The notes under the pieces: model-generated
The model's input: the letters and a program-made list of their open reading frames with translations, nothing else
Database searches by the model: none
What the model was told of the DNA's origin: nothing
Assembly: GCA_965240325.2 (NCBI GenBank)
Contig: OZ251249.1
Location: 186,001 to 250,000, forward strand
Reading direction: 5' to 3'
DNA length: 64,000 nucleotides
From: Rebecca billardiae RCC1528
Lineage: Eukaryota; Protista; Haptophyta
Program-made: the position numbers and the translations under genes
Shown: positions 1 through 10,600 of the stretch, piece by piece
Position numbering within the stretch: position 1 is the first letter of the stretch
Layout: each line of letters starts with the position of its first letter

Positions 1-774
1 TCGGACTCGGCGGAGGCGAGCATGCACGAGCACGAGCCGTACACCTTGAGCGTCGAGCCCGGCCACAGCGAGCGCACCGCCGCCGTCAGCCGCCGCACGA
101 CCGCGTTGCGCTGCGGCAGCTGCCGGCGGAAGCGCGCATGCACCTGAGAAGAGCAGAGCGGCGGGGAAAAAAGGGGAAAAGGAAAACGACACAAGAAAAG
201 AAAAGAAAAAACTCAAGACTCTGAGCGGCTCGCCCTGGCGCGCGCGAAGCGCGGCGCGGGCACGCGCGCGGGCGGGCGGCGCGGCGCGGGCGCGCGCACC
301 TGGTCGGCATAGGCGCAGAGGCCGGCGTGCAGCGCGTCGTGGATCGAGGCGGTGTAGAACGGGCCGACGCCGCCGCCCACCGCCACGGCCGACGGCGGCG
401 GCGCGCAGTCGCACGCGGCGCCGCAGCCGCCGCAGCATGCCGCGTGAACGGACGCGTGCGGCGGCGCGGCCGACGCGGCGGCGGCGCTGTCGGCGGCGGC
501 GGCGGCGGCGGAAGCGAGCGCGTGGCGGCACGGCGGCACCGGCAGCTGCGCCGTCACGCTCGCCGCCGCCGCCGCCGCCGCCTCGTCGTCGGCGACGTCC
601 GCAGCCGCTGCGCCGGCGCGCGCGAGCGCGCCCGCGGCGTCGGACGCCGGCGGCGCGCGCGGGCGGTCAGCGTCGTCGGCGCCCGTCGACGTGGGCACGC
701 GCGCGGGCGAGAGCCCGGCCTCCGGCATGGCGACACCGCCCGCCGCGCCCGCGCTGCCCGCTCCTGCCTCGTGC

Positions 775-807
<33 letters not shown>

Positions 808-1100
808 AAGACGGGGGCGTACCAGGAGGTGCCGTCGACGCACCACTGCGCGTCGTCGTCGTCGTCGGGCGGGGGCACGGCGTTCGCCCACGGGATCGCG
901 GCGCCGCCCTCCGCGCCCGCGCGGCGCGGCGCGTCGGCGGCGCCGCCGGCGCCGCCGCCGCGCGCCGCGTCGGCGCGCGCGGGCGTCGAGGGCGGCGGGC
1001 GCAGCGCGAGGAGCTGCTCGCGCGTGTACTGGTACACGGGCCCCATCGGGCCCAGCCCGCCCGCGTGCGCGGGCATGCGCTCCGCCACGCCTGATGCCAT
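1..1100 (-). CDS. Non-canonical poly(A) polymerase / terminal nucleotidyltransferase (Trf4/PAPD5/Cid1-like), 5' part; runs off the left edge
   Basis: Exon 1100-300, intron 299-144 (GTGCGC...TCTCAG), exon 143-1. The spliced frame reads ...LHAGLCAYADQ|VHARFRRQLPQRNAVVRRLTAAVRSLWPGSTLKVYGSCSCMLASAESD, which is the Pol-beta-family hGS-x(8)-SD(xD) signature with the preceding helices typical of Trf4. The start could be ATG 1100, 1076 or 1046. Confidence 0.75.
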
Positions 1101-1561
1101 CCGAGCGCGGTGCGCGGTGCCGTGCGGCGCGGCAGCGCGGGCTCGGTCGCCTGATTCAATGCGGGCGGCGGCGCGTGCCTGGGCGGCCGAGCGGAATGAT
1201 GATGACTGCGCCGGCGAACGACTGCCCACTTTCTGAAGGCGAATTAAAATCCGCCTGACGAACGCTCATGAACAGCGCTATCTATCCTGGTCGGAACGAA
1301 CCGATCCACGTGGATCTTGGGATGATCGCTCAGATTTGTAATTGTTCCATCAAATTGGATGCTCGATGACGCGACCGGATTGGGTCGTCAAAAACCCGGC
1401 TCGGAATCATATGCTCGACACGATGGCGGCGGCGCCGCCGGCGCGCGCCCTGTCTGAGGCTCGAGCCGTCGCGCCCGGTCAAGGCCGCCGCCCCCACCCG
1501 ACCTCCCCCCCACCACCGCCCATCCCCACCGTCTTGCCACATCGCACGGCTCGGCGCGCGC

Positions 1562-4500
1562 TCAGGCCCGCGCGCCCGCCGGGCGCGCGCGCCCCGCGAC
1601 CGGCGTGCCGCTCTCGCTCTCGGCCGCGCCGCCCTCCTCCGCCACGGCCGCGAGCTCGAGCTCGACGGCGGCCTGGTCGCGCTTGCGCTGGGCGCGGCCG
1701 ACGCGGCAGGCGTGCCACGCGCACAGCCCGAACGCCACCACGATGGCGCCCAGGATCGCGAGCAGCAGCCAGTTGGCCGCGAGCCACGCGCCGAGCGTCG
1801 GCGCGGACGGCGGCGGCGTCCCCGAGATTCCGGGCACGCGGCCGCCATCGTTGGCGCCCCCGGACTCGTCGTCGCCCCCCGCGGCGGCGGCGCCGTCCTG
1901 CTCGGGCGCCGCGCCGCCGCCGCCGCCCGGCGCGCCGCCGCCCGACGCCGCGAGCGCGTCCGCGCGCGCCTTGCGCGCCTCCATGCGCTCGCCCACGCCC
2001 ACCGCCGGGTCCCACAGGATGTAGCTCGAGCCACTCTCGAACACGGCCCTGTGCGCGCAGCGCCGTGCGCGCAGCGCCGTGCGCGCAGCGCCGTGCGCGC
2101 AGCGCCGTGCGCGCAGCGCCGCGTGGGGCGCGGAGTGGGTGTGACGCGGTGTGTGGGTCAGAGGCGGAGGCGGGCGCGGGTGTGTGTGCGCGCGCGCGAG
2201 GGAGCGCGGCCGGCGGCCAGGGCGCGCGCAGGGCGGGCGGCGCGCGCGCGCACACACGCAGACACAGACACTGTGGGCGCGCGCAGGGCGCGCGGCGCGC
2301 GCAGCACAGCGGGCCACCAGCGGGCACGTCCGCGGCGCCGCGGCCGCCCTCGCGCCGCCCCGCCGGCCCCGCCGCGCGCACCACTGCATCGAGGCGGAGG
2401 CGTTGGCGGTGGCGAGCATGTGCGCGCTCACGCCCGCCACCCAGCCGAGCCGCGCGGACGCGGCGCCGAGTGCGGACGCGTAGACCGCGCTGGTCTCAGA
2501 GGCGTTGGCCTCGCTCTGTGCGCGGCGCGGGGCGGCGCGTGGCGGCGGGGCAGTGGGCGCGAGGGCGCGCGGCGGCGGGGGCGCGCGGCGGTGCGCGGGT
2601 CGGCGGCGGAGGCGGCGGGGCAGTGGCCGCGCGGGGGGCCCGCGCCAACGCCGCGCGCTGCGCGCTGCCAGCGGCCGCCGCCCGCCCGCCCCGCGCGCGC
2701 TGCGGCGGCTGCGGCTGCGGCTGCTGCGGCGCGCACGATGAAGGCCGTCTCCTGCCACGTCGAGTAAGCAGAGAGCGCAAAGGCGCCCTCCGGCGGCGCG
2801 GGCAGCCCGCCCTCGCCGCCCGCGGCGAGCAGCGCCGCGACGAGGTCGCCGCCGAAGAGCGACTTGGCGCGCTCGACGAGCTCAGGGTTGCCGGCCGCCG
2901 CCTCGAGCGCCGCGGCCGCCCATGTGGCGGAGGCGGCGGCGGCGCCGAGCGACGGGCGCGTCTCGATGACGTTGGAGCCGACCATCGCGAGGCGCTGCGT
3001 CTGCGCGCGGGTGTGTGCGCGCACGGGCGGTCAGCCGGCGCGCCGTGATGCCACCGGGCTGCCGCCTCAGCCCAGACTGGCAGCCATCAGAGTGCCGCAG
3101 TGGGCGCGCGCGGCGCCGCGTTGCTCCTGGCCCGGGCCGCCACCGGCAGCGAGCGCGCGCGCGCAGGCAAGGCGCACCTGCACGACCGCATCGTCGTCGT
3201 CGTCGTCGCCGCCGCCGAAGCCGAAGCCAAAGTCCGGCACGTCGGGCAGGTCCGGCAGGTCCGGCAGGTCGATGTCCGGCAGGTCGACGGGCAGGCCGCC
3301 ATACTCAGGCAGGCCCGGCACCTGCAAGCGCGAGGAGGGAGCCCACCAATCAAAAAGCACCAAGCACCCGGCAACGATGGCGGATCCGCACGATGGCGGA
3401 CGGCCGTGGGAGGGGGTGAGGTGCAAGCACGTGCGCTCGCTCGCATGCACGCGCGCGGCGCGGCGCGCACGTTGCCGATCGCGTCGAGCACGTCGCCCGG
3501 CGACGGCAGGCCGTCCGGTAGCTCCCAGTCCGGGAGCGTCGGCCCGTCCAGCGCCGCGCCCATCTCGACGACCGCGCCGGTGCCGGCGTGCGCGACGCGC
3601 AGCGCGAGCTTGCGCGACGGCGAGGGCGGCAGCGTGTGCGGGAACGAGCGGATCTCGACGTTGACCTGCGCGCGACGCGCCGCGCCGCGCGCGTGCGCGC
3701 GAGCGCGGCGGGGCGCGCGGCTCAGCGAGCAGGCGGGCCGCCCGCGGGCGCCGGCTGCGCGCGCCGCCAGCCACTGGCGGTGCGGCGGGGCGGCGCGGAG
3801 CCCGCCGCCGACGGGCCCGCGCGCGCGCGCGCGTGGCGCACCTTGGCGCGGTTGGGCCCAACCATGGCGCCGCTGCTCTCGTCCTGCAGCGGCGTCGTCG
3901 CCGTGACGAAGCTGAGCGACAGCCGAAAGTCCGGGAAGTCCGGGAGCGCCGAGGTCCCGGACTCGACCGCAATCATCACCGGCCGCTCCACATCCATCGG
4001 GCAGCCCACCGGATTTTGCTGCGGCGGGCGGGCGGGCGCAGGCGGGCGGGGCGCGGGCGCGGCACGCGGTGAGTGCTGGTCGGGAGCGGCCGCACACTCG
4101 CGTGCAGCGCAGCGCGCAACGGGGCGGCCCGGCCGTGCCAGAGGACAGGACAGTGCCAGCCTGGGTTAGACCGTCAGTCTGTCTGACTCGGGTGAGTCTG
4201 AAAGACCTGCGCCAGGCAGCGGGCGCCGCAGACGGCGGGCGGGGGCCGGCGCCGCACCTCGAGGTAGGCGATGAGCTCCTCGCGCGTGGTCGACGGCCCG
4301 GTGCAGAGCGGCAGCTCGCGCGCCAGGCACAGCGCCACGAGCTGCGCCGTCTCGAGCGCCTCGAGGTCCGTCTCCGTCAGGCACGAGCCGTCGGACGTCG
4401 CCTGGAGGCAGGCAGCATGCGCATTCCGTTCGAGCCGGATTTATCGGGTGGAGGGCGGAAAAGAAAAAACGGGGGGCGGGCAGGCGTGAGCGGAAAAACA

Positions 4501-7082
4501 GCGCAGGATGGCGGCGGCGGCGCGCGCATGCCGCCGCCTTGCCCTCCCGCGCGGGTGGCGCCGCGCCCTGCGCGCACGTGCGTGATCGGGTCCCACGCCA
4601 TCTCGCCCAGCGCGAACGCTCGGCCGACCGTGTCGTTGCCCCCCGCCGTGTACACGCCGTCGCCATCGCCGTCTTCAAACTCGAGCAGCGTGTGGTAGGC
4701 CGTCACAATGCCCGCCGCCTCGTCCTTGAGCGCGAGCTGCGCGCCGAGGGCGGGACGGGCGGGGGGCGGGGCGGGGCGGTGGGGGCTGCGTGTGAGCCGG
4801 TTGGCGCGGGGCACTCGGACGGGCAGGCGCGGCGGCGTGGCCCCGCGCCACTCGCCCCTCCTGTCCCTCGTGCCGCCGCCGCGCGACCGGCCGCGAGTCG
4901 ACGCGCGCGCACGCCTCACGCGCGCACCGAAAGGAGAGGCGTGCCCGGGCCGAGCCCGCCGGGGGACATGGCGACCTGCGGCAGGCTGAAGCTCAGCTCG
5001 AAGCCGCCGTCGTGCGAGAAGCGCGCCACCGCCACGGAGGGCAGCACGGGCAGCTTCGCAGTCCGGGAGAGGAAGCTGGTACCGCAGTGGGCGGACAGCC
5101 ACAGTACCGCAGTGGGCGGCGGGCAGTTGGGCGCATGGGCGCGGTGGGCAGTCAGCCGCACGGGCGCCGTGTCCATCGCAGGAGCGGCACGCGCACAGGC
5201 GCGGCGTGGCCCGGCCGCGGGCAGGCGCACGGCCGCGGCGTGTGGCAGCGTGGGTGGTTGTGTGCTGAGGGCCCGGCCCGTTGGTCGGCCGCCGGTCGGG
5301 CGCAGCCGTTGGGGGCCCCTATGCGCCGCCGTCGCCGCCAGGTGCGCCACCGCCCGCGCCCGCGCCGCCCCGCCTCGGCGCGTGCGCGCACACGCGCGTG
5401 GCCACCGCAGCGCCGCGCGGCGCGCGTGCACCGGTTGATCATCGCGCTCTCGCCCGGCACCACGTGCAGTAGCGCGACAATGTCGAACTCTGAGTCCGCG
5501 GGCGCGCTGCCGCCACCGCCGTCGAGCACCGCCGCCGCGCCGCTGAGCACGTCCGCCGTGTCGAACGCGGCGCGGAGCTGGAAGGTCTGGACGAGGGAGA
5601 AGGAGGGGACGAGGTAGAGGATCAGCTTGGAGAAGAACGCCGACGCGAGCGAGAAGAACGAGCCCAGCAGCCCGCCCGCGCCAGCGATCAGCTCAAGCTG
5701 CCACGAGGCGCACGCGCCAACCCCTCCGCAGATCACGGCCTGCAGCGCGTCGGTTGCGAGGCCAGCCGGGTCGCCCACGGCGGGGATGACGGAGGACTCG
5801 ACCCACGCCTTGACCATCGCCCTGCGCGCGGTGGGTGGCGGAGGGGCGCGGCGGGCGGGCGCGGGCGGCGGCACGAGGGCCGCACGGCGGGGCAGGGGGC
5901 GCACGGCTCAGCACGGGCGGGGGGGGGGCAGGGCTCAGCACAGGCGGGGCAGGGGGGGCAGGGCTCAGCACGGGCGGGGCGCGGCCGGGCGCCGACGGCG
6001 GCGGCCGCTGGCGCGCTCGGCGGCAAAGGCGGCGGGTGCCTCTGCCCGCGGGAGAGCGGGAGCCGCCCGCCCGGGAGGGCAGCATGGACGAGTTTGCGGG
6101 TGCCCCGTGGCATGGCGGGCGTCAGCGCGGACCGCCCCGCCCCGACCCCCTCCCCCTGGCCGCCCCCACCGCCGCCACCGCCGCCCCCGCCCCAGCCAGC
6201 CCCCAACCCAGCTGCAGCGTGGGCCCGCCGGTCCCACGCGCGCGCGCCCGTCACACACCCCGCCGCCGCGCCGCCCCCGCCCTGGCCGCGCTCGCGGCCG
6301 CGGGGCCACCCGGGCACACCCGGGTGCACGCGCGCCGCCCGCGGGTGCACGTGAGTAAAAGTGGGTAAAAGTGGGTAGTGTACGCACCTGAGCTGGTTGG
6401 AGTTGAAGAGTGTCATCTGGCGCACCGCGTAGAGCCCGTCGCCCTGCAGCGAGGCGATGGAGGACCAGAGGCCGGGGACGACGGTGGCGCCGGGCACGTC
6501 GTCGCCGTTCTCGTTCGGCGGGGCGTCCACCGTCCCCTCGCCGCCCTCCGCCGCCTCTGCCGCCGCGGCCGCCGCCCCGAGCGAGCGGCGGGCGCCCGCG
6601 CCGCCCAGGTTGAGACGGCCGCCGCGGCCGACGGCCGCGCGCGCGGGCTTGGGCGTGAGCGGGAGCGTGGCCCCGGCGGCATGGGCGTGCGCGGCGTCGG
6701 TGTCGTCGTCCTCGCCGCACATGCACGTGCTGCCGCAGCGCACCCACGCCGCCTGCGCGAACTCGGCGGCGTCGAGGCCGAGCGGCGTGGAAGAGTCCAG
6801 AGACTCGTGATGCGCCCGGACTTCGTAACGGAACTGGGGGAAGGGCGCAAGGGACGGGAGGCCGAGGACGGTGCGCGCGACGTACGCCTCCGCCTCGCTC
6901 TTCGACACCAGCCCGTCGCCGTCCGAGTCCCACTGCGCGAACTGCTGCGCCGCGTGCTGCGACGCGTTGCACGGCGTCCGCGCCGCGCGGGCGCCGCCGG
7001 CGAGCGCGAGCGAGAGCGCGGCGAGCGCGCCGCCGCGCAGGGCGACGGCGGCCCGACGGCGAGGCGTGGGCGTGCGCGGCAT
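1562..7082 (-). CDS. Multi-exon type I membrane protein with signal peptide, EF-hand, GLMP/NCU-G1-like lumenal motifs and a C-terminal TM helix
   Basis: ATG 7082; hydrophobic signal ALAALSLALAGGARA; EF loop DSDGDGLVSKSE (6929-6894); about 11 exons separated by GT..AG introns (e.g. intron 4577-4402, exon 4401-4258); last exon has TM WLLLAILGAIVVAFGLCAW and a stop at 1562. Not every junction was checked. Confidence 0.65.
2051..2120. repeat. Intronic minisatellite (GTGCGCGCAGCGCC)x5
   Basis: Five exact 14-bp units adjacent to the acceptor of the last intron. Confidence 0.95.
5905..5980. repeat. Intronic 27-30 bp tandem repeat x3 (GGCTCAGCAC..G-rich)
   Basis: Units start at 5905, 5932 and 5962. 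Confidence 0.85.
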
Positions 7083-7605
7083 CGTTGCGCGGGGGTGCGC
7101 CTCCGGCGGATTCGGCCGTGCGCGCGCGCGTCGGCGCGGGGAGCGCGGCGGCACGGGGGTTGGCGCACGCGGACGCGTGCGGGCCGGGCGGGTGCGGCGG
7201 TGGATGGCCGCGCTGCTCTGCTTTCGCGTTCGCGCCTTTTTTCGCACGGCTGACTGCGGCGGCGGCCCGTGGAGGCTGATGCTCAAAAGTCGTCGCGATT
7301 CGCTCCAGAAAAATGATGCGGCAGCTTTTCGAGCGCGGCATCAGCGGATTTTCGCATTTTGCGGCGGCTTGATTTTCTTGGCGGCGCGGACAAGTCGCCG
7401 GCGTCCGCCTCTGAAGTTCTCTCACGCACTCTTAGACTTTATTTGGGCTTTGGCGGGTTCATTGATTCCTTGATTCAGCTAGTCCGCCTTTCACTTTCGG
7501 TTCACATCACGATCAGCATGGCCGCCGGCCAGCTCGGTGACGCGCGCTCGACCAGTCTAAGAGGTGCGCTGCCGGGCTCTCAGCGCACGGCGGCGCGCGG
7601 CGCGC

Positions 7606-10600
7606 CTACCCCAGGATGGAGTTGGGGTCGTCGATGAAGTCCTCCATCGCCAGCTCCGCCCCGCCGAACGCGTCGCCCACCGCCTCGCCCAGCGCGCCGT
7701 CCGCCGGCGTCGTCCCGGCCGAGGCCACGAAGAGCGGGCCGAGGACGAGGATCACGGTGGAGAGCAGCTTGATCACCACGTGCAGGGAGGGCCCCGCGGT
7801 GTCCTGCGCGCGGCGCGGCCGGGAGCGCGCGCGGCCGCACTCGGCTCGTCAGTGGCGGCGGCGCGCGCGCGCGCGCCCGCGGCGCCGCCTTCCGCCCCGC
7901 GGCGCCGCGCACGCACGGCGCTGGCCGCGCCGCCTGCCGCAGTCCGCACTTTGAACGGGTCGCCGACGGTGTCTCCGGTGACGGCTGCCTTGTGCGCGTC
8001 GGAGCCCTTGCCGCCGTGCGCGCCCGACTCGATCAGCTTCTTCGCGTTGTCCCACGCGCCTGCGGAGGCGCAGGGCGGCGGCGGCGCGCGCCGTCGGCAG
8101 CCGCGCGCGGCGGCGCGGCGCGTCCGCCGCGCGCCGCGCGCCGCGCGCACGCGCCCGCACGCCGCCGCGCGCGCGCGCACCGCCCGCGTTGTCCAGAAAG
8201 AGGGCGAGCAGCAGCCCCGTCAGCGTCGCGAGCATCAGGAAGCTGCCCAGCACCTCCGCCGCGAGCAGCGGCCGGCCGGTGGCGCTGCCAAGCGCTTTGA
8301 AGCCGAGCCCGATGCACAGCGGCGCGGCGACCACCAGGAAGGCCGGCCTGCGCGCGCGCGCCGCAGAGTCCGGACATTTTTGATGGGGAGTCCGGGGCGG
8401 GTGTGAGTCCGGGGCGGGGCGTGCGCGCGGGGAAGGGGCGGGCGTGGGGGCGGCAGGGCGCTGGCACGGGGCGACGACGATGCGCCGCGCCCGCGGCTCG
8501 GCGCGCGCACCGGCGGCGGCGCGCGACGGTCGTGGGCGCGGCGCGCGGTGTCGCAGTGGGCGCGCGGTGTCGCAGTGGGCGCGCGGTGTCGCAGTGGGCG
8601 CGCGCGCACTTGGCCATCTCGCCGAGCGCGGCGCGCGTGACGATGGCGACGCACGCGCCATAGTCGGGCGGCGTGTGGAACTCGAGGATGCCCGGGATCT
8701 CCGCGAACTGCCGCCGCACCTCCGCCACCACCGCCTGCGCAGCGGCGCCGAGTCCGGGAGTCCGGGAGTTGGCGCATGGCGCCAACGCCGCAACCCGCCC
8801 TGAAGTGGCTGGGGGGGGCGCGGGCGGCGCGCCGCGCTGCCGCGCGCGCACCTGCGCCGTGCGCGAGACCGCGGCCATCGCCCACGCGGCGAAGACGAAG
8901 ATGAGCGCGACGCCGAGCAGCCCGCCGACCAGCACCTCCGGCTGCGTCAGGTTGACCGTTTCGAACGGCACGCCCGCGTAGAGCGAGAACTCGTCGACGA
9001 AGGCGCTGGTGGTGACGAATCCCGGTGGGGTGGGCAAGAATGTCCGGGCGTGGATCGTTGGCCGAGAGCGAACCCGTCCACGATGGCGGCCCGCCGCGCG
9101 GGGGCGGCGTGGTGGGGGCACGCAAGGGTCGGCGAGGCGCGCGGGCGGGGCGGAGGAGCGTGCACCGCACGCCACGCACGCATCGCCCACGCTCCCAACG
9201 CCGCCTCGCCCACGCACGCGCACGCCGCGCCCGTGCGCCGTGGCAGGCGCGCGGCGGCGCGCGGCGCGCCCGCGCCCGCGCGGCGCGGCGGCGCGGCGGC
9301 GCGGCGGCGCGGCGGCGCGCACGAGAAGAGGAGAAAGGAGGCGAGCGCGGCGGTGCCGATGGAGTAGCCCTTCGTCGCCGCCTTCGTCACGTTCCCCACC
9401 GCGTCGAGCTGGTCCGTGATCTCCCGGACCGCCGACGGCTGCCCGGACATCTCCACAATCCCGCCCGCGTTGTCTGCGATCGGACCGAAGTTGTTCATCT
9501 GACCAAGCGCGCGCGCGCGCGCGAGATTGGGGCGGAGATCGGGGCGCGCGCGCGGGCGGCGAGGGCGCGCGCGGGGCGGCGTGGGCCACGCGCGCAGGGC
9601 GCGCGACCCGCCCACCCGCACTGCCGGCCGCGCGCCGCACGCCGCGCCCCGCGCCCCGGCGCCGCGCGCGGCCCCAGCCGCGGCCGCGCCGCCGGCCGCG
9701 GCCGCGCGCACGCCCCCCCGGCCGCGGCGCGCGCGCGCGCGCGCACCGCCAGCACGTAGACGGCGGTGCAGAGCATGCCCATCGTCGCGACGGCGGTGCC
9801 GAACAGCCCGGCGTTGCGCGCGGGCAGCCCGCACGACGCCCCGAGCGAGTAGCTGCCGAGCAGCGACGCCGCGATGATCAGCGCAGGCACACCCGTCGAT
9901 TCCAGCCCCACAGCCACGCCCTGCGCCGCGCGGTGGGGAGGTGTGTGTGTGTGTGTGGTGGGGGGGGGGAGGCGTTCGGGGGCGGACAGGGCGGCGCCAG
10001 CGGGAGAGCCGGGGGGCGCGCAGGTGCGGAGGGGCGAGGACGCGCCCAGAGTCGAGCGAGGGGCGGGGTAGGGGTAGGGGTAGGGGTAGGGGTAGGGGTA
10101 GGGGTTAGGGGCACGCACACAGCGACACACGCGCGCGCTGAGCGCAGCGCCCGCGCAGAGGGGGCGGGCGCGGTGCGCACGCGTCGCCTCGCTCCCGCGC
10201 AGCCCTGCCTGGGGCCCTCCGGCGCGTGTGTGCGCGTGTGTGCGGCCCTCCCGCCGTGTGCGCCCTCGCCCTCCCGCCGCGCCCCCCGCACACCTGCGTC
10301 CCTACCCCTACCCCTACCCCGTACTCACCCCTACCCCTACCCCTACCCCTACCCCTACCCCCGCACCTGGATCACGTTGGTCCCGTGCCCGGTCTCAGAC
10401 GCCTTGGCGATCGAGCGCACAGGCGGGTAGTTGTAGTCTGTGTAGTAGCGCGTCACGAGCATGTAGCACAGGGCTGTGACGATGCCGATGAGCCCGCAGC
10501 CGAAGTAGTGGAGCCAGACGCCAGGGAGGCCCTCCACGTCGAGCAGCAGCCGCGTGGCGCAGAGCATCACCAGCGTCGCCAGCGCCATGCACCCGCCATA

